Positions 8,046-17,290 of a stretch of 64,000 bases of DNA are shown here, one piece after another (position 1 is the stretch's first letter; every line of letters begins with the position of its first letter). The notes beneath the pieces are model-generated. The model saw nothing but the letters and a program-made list of their open reading frames with translations. It searched no databases and was not told the origin of the DNA. The position numbers and the translations under genes are program-made. Source of the DNA: a virus (Duplodnaviria > Caudoviricetes); IMG/VR virus record IMGVR_UViG_3300009182_000063, positions 571-64,570 of that record; one strand, given 5' to 3'.

Positions 8046-9373
8046 TGGAAAAAGAATTTGACAATCCATCATCTGCCCAGATAAGGTTTGCAGGTGATGT
8101 AAATATTGAAAAAGTTGAGATGTACTCACTTGCGAGTGGTGCAGCGTTTGACATTAAAAACCAAGTTCTCGCAATACAAATTTATGAAGATCTGTTTAGT
8201 CCATTTATTACAGGATCAATAATTGTAAAAGATTCTTTGGACTTGATTAATAACTTACCCTTTGCTGGCCAAGAGTATGTTAATCTAAAAGTATTTACAC
8301 CAACACTTGATATATCCTCACCAGAGGCTGGTGTCATTCAAGGAAATTTCTATGTATTTAAAATTTCCGATAGAGAGTACGTTGCTGAAAAATCTGTTAT
8401 CTACAAGATTCACTTCATATCGACAGAAGCAGTTGTAGATTTAAACATGGCACAAAGTCGTGCCTTTGCTGGTAAAATTTCTGACATCGTTGGAATGTTA
8501 ATGAAAGATCAAAATTTTATCGGAACAGAAAAAGATGTAACTGTTGAGACAACTAAAAACGAAACAAAATTTATCTCTAACTTTTGGTCTCCGATTAAGT
8601 GTATAAATTATCTCTTACAACAAGCAACAAATCCCAATGGAAGCACGACCTATTTGTTTTTTGAAAACAGATCAGGATTTAACTTTGTTTCTTTGGATTA
8701 TCTAAACGAAAAAGATGTTCATCAATCTTTTTCTTTTGGAGCTGCAACCAATGATATCAAAAAACATGGTGGTTCAACTCGTGTTCTTGACAGAGATTTT
8801 GGTAAAATTGTAGAGATTAATGTTCCGAACTCTTTTGATTATATTGATAGAGTTAGACATGGAACATACGCTTCAAAATTAACTGTACACGATTTTACGA
8901 CAAAGAGATATAAAACTACTCACTATGATTATCTTAGAAAGTTTCTTGAAGGTAAAGAAGCGAGATTAAATAACTTTCCAATTACCACAGATACAGTTGC
9001 TGCTAGTATTAATGCCTTGGGTCTTGTAAATGAAACATCGAATCAGTTGTTCACTGGATATGGTGTTGTTGATGCTACAAGAGCAATTCAAGATAGAATA
9101 TCCCGAATGAAACAGGCTGAATCATTTAAGGTAACGATAAAAGTAAAGGGTAGAACAGATTATACAGTTGGACAAGTTGTTTACTTAGATATCAATACAC
9201 CATCTCCAACTCAAACTGATGATACTCCAGAAACTATGGTTGATAAAATGTTCAGTGGAAATTACTTAGTCGCTGCAATTAACCACTATATTGATAGAGA
9301 AATGCATGAGTGTACAATGGAATTAATTAAAGATAGTTTAATATTTGATTTGACGACAGGTAAAACAGCATGA
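8045..9373 (+). CDS. Putative baseplate hub protein (gp27-like)
   Basis: Between gp53 and gp5; IYEDLFSPFITGSI, YLFFEN..GFNFVSL, SGNYLVAAINH; size and position fit a hub protein. Confidence 0.6.
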   Translation: MEKEFDNPSSAQIRFAGDVNIEKVEMYSLASGAAFDIKNQVLAIQIYEDLFSPFITGSIIVKDSLDLINNLPFAGQEYVNLKVFTPTLDISSPEAGVIQGNFYVFKISDREYVAEKSVIYKIHFISTEAVVDLNMAQSRAFAGKISDIVGMLMKDQNFIGTEKDVTVETTKNETKFISNFWSPIKCINYLLQQATNPNGSTTYLFFENRSGFNFVSLDYLNEKDVHQSFSFGAATNDIKKHGGSTRVLDRDFGKIVEINVPNSFDYIDRVRHGTYASKLTVHDFTTKRYKTTHYDYLRKFLEGKEARLNNFPITTDTVAASINALGLVNETSNQLFTGYGVVDATRAIQDRISRMKQAESFKVTIKVKGRTDYTVGQVVYLDINTPSPTQTDDTPETMVDKMFSGNYLVAAINHYIDREMHECTMELIKDSLIFDLTTGKTA

Positions 9374-12180
9374 TAAGTTCAAATTTTTATACAGGTGTAG
9401 TTGAAAGTAGAGATGATCCATTAAAGATTGGTCGTTGTCAAGTTCGTATTGTTGGAATTCATACTGAAGATAAAACAAAATTAGCAACAGAAGATTTGCC
9501 TTGGGCAAGTCCTGTTCAATCTATTACCTCTGCTTCTATGAATGGTATTGGCTGGACACCTGTCGGTCCAGTAAATGGAACATGGGTTCTTGTTGTGTTC
9601 ACTGATAAAGATCAACAACAACCTATTATGCTTGGTACTCTTGGTGGTATTCCTCAAAGTAAAGCAGCATCTATTGCTGTTGAAGAATCTGACAGCGATA
9701 TGATTGCCACTGATGGTGGTGTTCTAGTTGATTCATCGGGAACAGAAGTAACCAATACTTCTGGTATTCCTATTACTGTTGGATCTTCTGACGCACAAGC
9801 AAAACCAACTACATCATCAACTCCTTCAACTGAAGCAAGTCAACCAAATTTAACAGAACAGAAAACTCCAAATAAACCTGCAGATACTGTTCTTAAACAA
9901 GATATACCAACTGATCCACCAAAGGGATCAACATCTAATCCCACTGTTGCTAAACAGAATATTCAGTATCTAATAGATGCTTGTGATAAAGTTGGATTAA
10001 CAAGCAAGTATGCTAAGAGTGCTGTTCTTGGTATTTGTGGCGGAGAATCTTCTTGGTTGTGTGTTGAAGAAGGTTCATACTACACAAAAGCAAGTTCACT
10101 ATCTGCAATCTTTAAGAGAACATTTCCAACAGAAGAATCTGCTGTACCTTATACTAAGTGGGCAGGTAGTAAAGCAGATTTCTTTAGAAAAATTTATAGT
10201 CCTACAGGTAATGGTGCTTTACTTGGGCATAAAGATGCTAATGATGGTGCTCTTTATTATGGTCGTGGTTTTAACCAGATAACAGGTAAATCTCTGTATA
10301 TACAATTACAAAATTATCTAAAAGGTAAAGGTGTTGTTGTAGACTTTGTTAATAATCCAGGATCTTTAGTTTCTGACCCAGCAACTTCTGCTTTGGCCAC
10401 TGCTGCTTTCTATGCGCTTAATGTTAAACACGATCAAAATGATCCAGGATATTTCATTGCTGCTTTGAAACGAACAGGTGCTGATGCCAACGGCACTGGT
10501 TATGCAAAGAAACAAAAGTTTTATGAGTATTTCCTTGGCACTGCAGTTGCTGTAAATTCAACTAATAAACCTGCTGCCGATGATCAGAGAGTTTATACGA
10601 AAGAAGAAGTAAAAGATCTTTCACCTGCAAAACAAGCAGCACTACTTGAAGATCGTTCTGGTAATGCTACCATGGGATTTACTGATCCAAAGGGTAAATA
10701 TCCACTACGTAATCTACTAGATGAACCAGATACTAATCGTTTGGCACGTGGTGTTATAAAAGAAACAGCCATTGAGTTTAAAGATTCTGTACGAACTAAT
10801 GGAATTACTGCAGCGAATGGTGATGATTCGTGGAATCAACCTTTGGCACCGTTCGGTGGTATGTATCCATACAGTAAAGTTTTTGAATCTGAATCTGGTC
10901 ACTTATTTGTTCTCGATGACACACCTGAAAACGAAACAGTAAGTTTATATCACAAAAGTGGATCCTTTCTTGATATAGATGCTAATGGAACACAGGTAAA
11001 TAAAATTATTGGTGATGGCTACACAATTTATGACAGGAACGGATTAATATACATTACTGGTAAAGCAAACCTAACTGTTGGTAATGGTATAAACATTTAT
11101 GTACAAGGTGCCGCAGATATTCAAGTAGATGGAGCTGCAACTATTAATCTAAATAATAATGCCGATATTGGTGTTGGTGGTGATTTAAATCTTGCAGTTG
11201 GTGGTGATTTTAATCTCAAAACAGGTGGATTGTTTAATGTTTCTGTCGGCGATAAATTTGCTGTTCAAGCAGGTGCTGAAGCAAGTATTAAGTCAGGTGC
11301 TGAGATGTTCTTGGGTTCTGATGGCACCATGCATATTGCTTCTTCTGGAAATGTTAATGTCGATGGCGCAGAGTTTCATGGTCAAGAAGGTGCGGCAAGT
11401 TCAGCGCCAGCAGTTTCAACTGGATTAACTGCCCCTGATTTTCAAGCAGGTCGTTCTAACCAGTTTAACTATCTAACAACACCTGTTAGACCTTCGCCAC
11501 CTGTTCAAGTTAAGTACGCAATCGAAGAAGAAAACAATTCTTTAGTTGAAGATTACATTAATAATCCAGACAAATATAAAAATCCTGAAGCAGCTGAAGG
11601 TGGTGTAAAAGAAAACTACGCTGGAACACCGAAAGACGATGGACAAGGTAAGAGTTTAATTGCAAGTAATACAACTGGTGATATTTACCTATTCTTACAG
11701 AAACAAGTACAGTTGGCTCAGTCTGGATATTGGTCAGAAACAGGTATGGGTGGTAAACCTTCAAATGCTAATATTACTCGTATTTGGGCAGACCTTGGAT
11801 ATCCAAAATCTGGTTTATGGTTAACCGACCAAACTGCATGGTGTATGGGATTTGTTAACTGGACATTGAAACAGTGTGGGTATCGTTATGTTCAGACTGC
11901 TTCCGCAGCTGAAATAACAACAAACACTGCTCGTTGGAATGCAACCAAAATATCAAATCTAGCAGATGCTCAACCTGGAGATATTGCTTTCTGGAGTTAT
12001 CGCCATGTTAACTTTGTTTATACAAATAACAATGGTAAATTGACATTCGTCGGTGGAAACCAAGCAGATAAAGCAGCGAACAATCCTTCTGGTGGTACAG
12101 TTAATAATTCTTGGCCATCTGGATATACTGTTCCAGGAAATGGTTCTTTAGTGGCAATATACAGACCGAGTAAGACATAA
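9370..12180 (+). CDS. gp5: Baseplate central spike gp5 with GH19-like glycosidase and C-terminal CHAP/NlpC-P60-like domain
   Basis: OB-fold N-terminus (GVVESRDDPLKIGRCQVRIVG, LPWA), YYGRGFNQITGK, YPYSKVFESESGHLFVLDDTP, beta-helix repeats, AWCMGFVNW...HVNFV...VGGNQ. Confidence 0.9.
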   Translation: MISSNFYTGVVESRDDPLKIGRCQVRIVGIHTEDKTKLATEDLPWASPVQSITSASMNGIGWTPVGPVNGTWVLVVFTDKDQQQPIMLGTLGGIPQSKAASIAVEESDSDMIATDGGVLVDSSGTEVTNTSGIPITVGSSDAQAKPTTSSTPSTEASQPNLTEQKTPNKPADTVLKQDIPTDPPKGSTSNPTVAKQNIQYLIDACDKVGLTSKYAKSAVLGICGGESSWLCVEEGSYYTKASSLSAIFKRTFPTEESAVPYTKWAGSKADFFRKIYSPTGNGALLGHKDANDGALYYGRGFNQITGKSLYIQLQNYLKGKGVVVDFVNNPGSLVSDPATSALATAAFYALNVKHDQNDPGYFIAALKRTGADANGTGYAKKQKFYEYFLGTAVAVNSTNKPAADDQRVYTKEEVKDLSPAKQAALLEDRSGNATMGFTDPKGKYPLRNLLDEPDTNRLARGVIKETAIEFKDSVRTNGITAANGDDSWNQPLAPFGGMYPYSKVFESESGHLFVLDDTPENETVSLYHKSGSFLDIDANGTQVNKIIGDGYTIYDRNGLIYITGKANLTVGNGINIYVQGAADIQVDGAATINLNNNADIGVGGDLNLAVGGDFNLKTGGLFNVSVGDKFAVQAGAEASIKSGAEMFLGSDGTMHIASSGNVNVDGAEFHGQEGAASSAPAVSTGLTAPDFQAGRSNQFNYLTTPVRPSPPVQVKYAIEEENNSLVEDYINNPDKYKNPEAAEGGVKENYAGTPKDDGQGKSLIASNTTGDIYLFLQKQVQLAQSGYWSETGMGGKPSNANITRIWADLGYPKSGLWLTDQTAWCMGFVNWTLKQCGYRYVQTASAAEITTNTARWNATKISNLADAQPGDIAFWSYRHVNFVYTNNNGKLTFVGGNQADKAANNPSGGTVNNSWPSGYTVPGNGSLVAIYRPSKT

Positions 12181-12482
12181 TGCCGAAAATAATGCGTAAG
12201 GGAGATTTAAGTCGGGGATCTGATGGTGGAGCAGCGACTCCTTTGACTGCCTTAAACCAAGCCACTAAATCTTACTGGGGTGGACAATTGGTCGGTTTGG
12301 TTGGAGATCAATTTCAATCTCATGTAGTTCCAATAGCAGTGGTTCACTCTGGATCACAGAGACAAATAACAGCTGGATCTTCTACCATGTTTTTTGAAGG
12401 CAAGGCAGTTGCCAGAACTGGAGATCCTATTGCCGATGGTGATAGATGCGCCGAAGGATTAACTACAGCATTTGCTGGATAA
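12180..12482 (+). CDS. PAAR-like spike tip protein (gp5.4-like)
   Basis: 100 aa directly after gp5; RKGD, VGDQF.SH, GSSTMFFEGKAVARTGDPIADGD. Confidence 0.8.
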   Translation: MPKIMRKGDLSRGSDGGAATPLTALNQATKSYWGGQLVGLVGDQFQSHVVPIAVVHSGSQRQITAGSSTMFFEGKAVARTGDPIADGDRCAEGLTTAFAG

Positions 12483-12484
12483 CA

Positions 12485-12492
12485 TATAAATA
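12485..12492 (+). promoter_or_regulatory. T4-type late promoter TATAAATA, 6 nt upstream of the gp25 ATG
   Basis: Exact consensus in the short intergenic gap. Confidence 0.75.
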
Positions 12493-12498
12493 GTAGAT

Positions 12499-13119
12499 AT
12501 GGCAAGAAACGCAAGAACATTCTCGGATCTGGATCTAAACTTTACCCCTTCACCAATCTCTTTGGTGGTAAACACAGGTAATGGGCTGCTGACCACATCA
12601 ACAACAAGCGATATTATTGTTGGAACAAACACCACATTCTCAGCTGCAGATTTACTTTATCGTAATATATTTGTTCTTGGAACTTTTGTTGGTAAAGTAA
12701 AAGAAACAATTGACGCAACTCATTTAAGGTTGTATCATAAGGCAAATACTACCTTTACTACAGCAAGTAGTTTTACCTATTCTAATCCAGCTGATTTGGT
12801 TAAAAGGTATGATGAGAACGCAATTAAAGCATCTGTTAGAAACCTTATTTTAACAACAAATTATGAACGAAAATTTCACCCTGAAATTGGATCTCAGGTA
12901 AGAGGATTGATGTTCGAACCAGCAACCCCTATGTTGGGTGCTGTTCTTGAACGAGCAATTAGACAAACAATAGACAACTTTGAGCCGAGAGTAACATTAG
13001 ATCAAGTAGATTGTAAGATTAACCCAGACAACAACAGTGTTAGTGTTTCAATTTATTTTACTATTCTAAACACTCAAACACCTCAATTTCTTAATCTAGT
13101 ATTAGAGAGAACACGATAA
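12499..13119 (+). CDS. gp25: Baseplate wedge subunit gp25 with an inserted domain
   Basis: FSDLDLNF ... DENAIKASVRNLILTTNYERKFHPEIGS, IDNFEPRV, LERTR. Confidence 0.9.
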   Translation: MARNARTFSDLDLNFTPSPISLVVNTGNGLLTTSTTSDIIVGTNTTFSAADLLYRNIFVLGTFVGKVKETIDATHLRLYHKANTTFTTASSFTYSNPADLVKRYDENAIKASVRNLILTTNYERKFHPEIGSQVRGLMFEPATPMLGAVLERAIRQTIDNFEPRVTLDQVDCKINPDNNSVSVSIYFTILNTQTPQFLNLVLERTR

Positions 13120-14957
13120 TGGCACTTACCAGCAACCGAATTAATGTAGCGGAATTAGATTTCGATAATATCAAAGAAAACTTAAAAAACTTTTTTCGTG
13201 GTCAAGATCAGTTTAAAGACTACGACTTTGAAGGTGCTGGATTAAGTATTCTATTAGACGTTCTTGCTTATAATACTCACTATAATAATCTGTATACAAA
13301 TCTTGCTGTAAATGAGATGTTTCTTGATTCAGCAGCAAAGCGTTCCAGTGTAGTTTCTCTTGCTAAAATGCTTGGTTATGTTCCTCGCTCTGCAACTTGT
13401 GCTCGCGCAATTGTTGATGTAAAAATAATCAACCCAACATCTACACCATCAATTACAACTCTACCAACATATCAACCATTTACAACAACTGTTGATGGTA
13501 TCAATTTTACCTTTTATAATGTCGGTGATTATAGTACAAGAAATGGTGCTCTTGGATATGTTTTTTCAAATGTTACTTTGATTGAAGGTAATCCTTTAAC
13601 ATATAGTTATACTGTTACTGCTGGATCTAGATATGTTATTCCAAACGCAAATGTTGATTTATCAACAGTTCGTGTAACTGTGCAAGACTCAGCAAATCTT
13701 GGTAATTTTACAACATATACTTATGCCAATAACATAATTTCAGCAATAGATTTAAACAGTAAAGTCTTTTTTATAAAAGAGATAGAAGGAAACTTGTTTG
13801 AGATATACTTTGGTGATGGTGTTCTTGGTACACAATTATTAAGTGGTAATGTTGTTACTATTGATTACTTTGTTTCGAATTTAGCTGCACCAAATGGTGC
13901 TCGTTTGTTTAATTATACAGGTATTTCTTTGCTTGGTGGTTCAACAAATGTGTCAACAAAACTTGTAGCAACAGGTGGCGGTGAGCCAGAGGATATTGAG
14001 AGTATTCGATACAATGCACCAAGATCATATGCTGCTCAAAATCGTGCAGTTACTCCTGATGATTATAGATCATTAATTCTTCAAGGATTTCCTCAGGCAC
14101 GATCAGTTTCTGTTTGGGGTGGTGAAGTAAATTCTCCTCCAATTTATGGTAAAGTTTATCTTTGTATTCTACCAACTGATGCAGATAAATTAACAACTAT
14201 ACAAAAGACATACATTTTAAATGAGATTCTGACAAATAAAAATATGGTTTCTATTATTCCAGAAATTATAGATCCAGAATATATCAGTATAGCATTGAAT
14301 GTAACTTCTAATTATGATCCAACAACAACAAAGAAAACTCCGAATCAACTACAACAGATTGTTACTGGTACAGTTGTAAGTTATAACGAAGCTGATTTGA
14401 AAAGATTTGATGGAGTGTTTAGACATTCTAAGTTATCTCGTTTAATTGACACTGCTGATGTTTCTCTTGTAAATAACACAATTACAGTTCTATTAAAAAG
14501 AAAAATTATTGTTAAATATAATATTTCTGCTCAATATGTTATAAACATGATTAATCCACTATATTCTTCTGGTCAGGCTGATGGAAGTATTTACTCAAAT
14601 GGATTTTATGTTAAAGGAAGTACTGATATTAATTATCTAGATGATGATGGACTTGGTTCAATTCGTTTATATACATTAGACAGTAATTATCAAAAAAACA
14701 TTGTTAATCCAAGTATTGGAACTGTTAACTATGATACTGGATATATACAAATTAGTAATCTTTATATAACATCTCTTGTTGGTACATATTTTGAAATTTC
14801 AATGAAACCAAAATCGAATGATGTTGTATCAGCACTGCATCAGATTGCTCAAGTTGATTTGGATAATTTAACTGTAAATGTTGTTGCCGATAAATCTGCT
14901 TCTGGAGATTTAAGCGCAGGATTTAATTATCAATTCTCTGATCTAAGACCAGCATAA
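13119..14957 (+). CDS. gp6: Baseplate wedge subunit gp6
   Basis: ELDFDNIKENLK, DYDFEGAGLSILLDVLAYNTHY, FGDGVLG, AQNRAVTPDDY. Confidence 0.95.
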   Translation: MALTSNRINVAELDFDNIKENLKNFFRGQDQFKDYDFEGAGLSILLDVLAYNTHYNNLYTNLAVNEMFLDSAAKRSSVVSLAKMLGYVPRSATCARAIVDVKIINPTSTPSITTLPTYQPFTTTVDGINFTFYNVGDYSTRNGALGYVFSNVTLIEGNPLTYSYTVTAGSRYVIPNANVDLSTVRVTVQDSANLGNFTTYTYANNIISAIDLNSKVFFIKEIEGNLFEIYFGDGVLGTQLLSGNVVTIDYFVSNLAAPNGARLFNYTGISLLGGSTNVSTKLVATGGGEPEDIESIRYNAPRSYAAQNRAVTPDDYRSLILQGFPQARSVSVWGGEVNSPPIYGKVYLCILPTDADKLTTIQKTYILNEILTNKNMVSIIPEIIDPEYISIALNVTSNYDPTTTKKTPNQLQQIVTGTVVSYNEADLKRFDGVFRHSKLSRLIDTADVSLVNNTITVLLKRKIIVKYNISAQYVINMINPLYSSGQADGSIYSNGFYVKGSTDINYLDDDGLGSIRLYTLDSNYQKNIVNPSIGTVNYDTGYIQISNLYITSLVGTYFEISMKPKSNDVVSALHQIAQVDLDNLTVNVVADKSASGDLSAGFNYQFSDLRPA

Positions 14958-14958
14958 T

Positions 14959-16779
14959 ATGCGTGCTTCAACGTCATCTTTAATTTCTTCTCAAGTTCCT
15001 GAATTCGTCAGGGCAGATTATCCAACATTCGTTGCTTTTGTTGAAGCATATTATGAGTATTTGGATTCAAATGGTGTTGATTTAGAATCACTAAGAGATT
15101 TAGACACAACTCTTGACGATTTTGTTAAATATTTCAAGAAAGAACTGGCAGCAAATATGCCAGCCGATTTGCAAGTTGATGATAGATTTTTGCTGGAACA
15201 CATCAAGAATCATTACTTAGCAAAGGGTAGTCAACAATCATTTAAATTATTATTCAAACTTCTGTATAACAAGAATGTTGAACTTGTATATCCAGGAACT
15301 CAGATGCTTAGAGCATCTGATGGTAGATGGCAACAGGATACTTCTCTATTCATTAAAGTTTCCTCTGGATCACCAACAATGATTGAAGGTAAATTTGTAG
15401 ATGTTATAAAACCAAATACAAACGCATCGTTCAAACTTTTAGTTAATCGTAGACAGGATGTTGAAATTGAAGTTGATCGTATTGTTCAATTGAGTTCTGA
15501 TACCTATGAAATTTTTATTGATAGAAAATACTATGGAAATCTTGAAGTAGGTGATGTAATTAGATATGTAGATTTTTCTGGAACTATCGTTTCTACAACA
15601 TCAAAAGTTTCAATTGTTTCAGGTGGAACAGGATTTAAAGCTGGTCAACTGTTTGAAATTAAAAATGGATCAGGTGTTAGATCTACATTAAAAATAACTC
15701 GTGTCAATTCAGTTGGAACTATTCTTGCCTGTGAATTTATTAAATTCGGAGTTGGATATCAAACTGATTTTACTCTTTCTATAAATTCTTCTCAAGATTA
15801 TTTTGCAACTTCAACACAACCTTTACTTTCCACTGTTCTTGTAAATGATAAAAACATAACCATCACAGAAACAACAAATGGAATGGCTGAACAGGGTTAT
15901 ATCTCTAGGTATGACTATGCGTATACTTTTGATAATAGCAATGTTCAACAAATATACATGGATGGAACTTATGTCGGTGCAGCACTTGGAACTTTTACAA
16001 CTCAGGCGATTAGTCAGATTGTATCTTCTGTAGGTAAAGTTGCTGCAGTTTTAAAAATTAATCTTGGACCTCAGGCAAATTATCCAGGATACTATACATC
16101 AAACGCAGGGTTTCTGAGCGATTCAATTTATATTCAGGATAGTAAATACTATCAAGCGTTTTCATATGTTTTAAAAATTGATGAACGTCTTGATTCTTAC
16201 AAAACTGCTGTAAGAACTATGGTGCATCCTGCAGGAACTGCGTTATTTGGCGAGTATCAAGTATCAAATTACTTTAATGTAGGTGCTGCTTTACAATCTC
16301 TCATAAAGATTTTGGCAGTAAGTTTGGCAGATTTAGTATTAACTTCTGACACTTCAATAATTTTTGATATATCAAAGGCATTAACTGAATCAGTGTTAAT
16401 GTCAGAATCACCAACTTTTGCTATATCAAAAGCATTAACGGATTCTATCAATGCTCCAACTGATGCAGTATCCGCCATAGATTTCGGTAAAGCATTAACT
16501 GATTCAGTTAGTTCATCAGAGTCAATATCCAAATTTGATATTACTAAATTACTATCCGATTCAACTGCGCCGACAGATTCTACGACTCTTGCTTCTAGTA
16601 AAGCATTAACTGAATCCGTCACTTCTTCTGATTCTTCTTCACTACTTACCACTAAATATCTTATAGAAACACTTACTGGCTCAGATTATGGTGTAGTGTT
16701 TAAAAATCCTTACAGTCAAGGTACATATTTTGATTATACCTCGACTATTTACTCCGATGAAGTCGTTCAAACATTCTAA
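14959..16779 (+). CDS. Baseplate wedge protein, gp7-like
   Basis: Follows gp6; QVPEFVRADYP.FV.F..AYYEY, YLAKGS..SFKLLFKLLY, IQDSKYYQAFSYVLK, VHPAG. Confidence 0.7.
   Translation: MRASTSSLISSQVPEFVRADYPTFVAFVEAYYEYLDSNGVDLESLRDLDTTLDDFVKYFKKELAANMPADLQVDDRFLLEHIKNHYLAKGSQQSFKLLFKLLYNKNVELVYPGTQMLRASDGRWQQDTSLFIKVSSGSPTMIEGKFVDVIKPNTNASFKLLVNRRQDVEIEVDRIVQLSSDTYEIFIDRKYYGNLEVGDVIRYVDFSGTIVSTTSKVSIVSGGTGFKAGQLFEIKNGSGVRSTLKITRVNSVGTILACEFIKFGVGYQTDFTLSINSSQDYFATSTQPLLSTVLVNDKNITITETTNGMAEQGYISRYDYAYTFDNSNVQQIYMDGTYVGAALGTFTTQAISQIVSSVGKVAAVLKINLGPQANYPGYYTSNAGFLSDSIYIQDSKYYQAFSYVLKIDERLDSYKTAVRTMVHPAGTALFGEYQVSNYFNVGAALQSLIKILAVSLADLVLTSDTSIIFDISKALTESVLMSESPTFAISKALTDSINAPTDAVSAIDFGKALTDSVSSSESISKFDITKLLSDSTAPTDSTTLASSKALTESVTSSDSSSLLTTKYLIETLTGSDYGVVFKNPYSQGTYFDYTSTIYSDEVVQTF
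16363..16660 (+). repeat. About six degenerate 18-21 aa repeats (..SKALT(D/E)SV..SD) at the C-terminus of the gp7-like protein
   Basis: AAAGCATTAACTGA-like cores recur at about 16375, 16430, 16490 and 16600. Confidence 0.75.
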
Positions 16780-16820
16780 TTCGACTCATTATTTCTTAAC
16801 TTATAGGAGATTTCATTAAA

Positions 16821-17276
16821 ATGAATATTCAAGAAAATTTAAAACCAACTGGGATGGTTTCCATCTCTCACTTCAATTCTAAAGGAGAACTTCTTAATCA
16901 ATTTGAAGTACCAAATTTAGTAGTTACCACAGGTAAAAACTATATTGCTTCAAGGATTAAAGATACAACTTTCGCTGCAATGACACATATGGCTGTTGGT
17001 ACATCATCAACTGCAGCATCGGCAACTGATACAACTTTGGTGGCAGAAACTGGCACTCGTGCTACTTTGTCTGCAACAACTGTTTCTACTAACACAATTA
17101 CTTATACTGCTACTTTTGCAGCTGGTAATGCAACCTCAACTTCTCCTGGTATTCAAGAAGCAGGTATTCTAAACCAATCTACTGGTGGAACATTATTGTG
17201 CCGTACAGTGTTTCCATCAGTTGCTAAAGCAGCTGGAGATTCGATTGCAATTACTTGGGTTGTAACAGTATCTTAA
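16821..17276 (+). CDS. Conserved virion/baseplate-associated protein, 151 aa
   Basis: NLVVTTGK, MTHMAVGT, EAGILN..GTLLCRTVF..V.K..GDSIAITW; GGAG RBS. Confidence 0.6.
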   Translation: MNIQENLKPTGMVSISHFNSKGELLNQFEVPNLVVTTGKNYIASRIKDTTFAAMTHMAVGTSSTAASATDTTLVAETGTRATLSATTVSTNTITYTATFAAGNATSTSPGIQEAGILNQSTGGTLLCRTVFPSVAKAAGDSIAITWVVTVS

Positions 17277-17290
17277 TTTTCGGATAAAAA

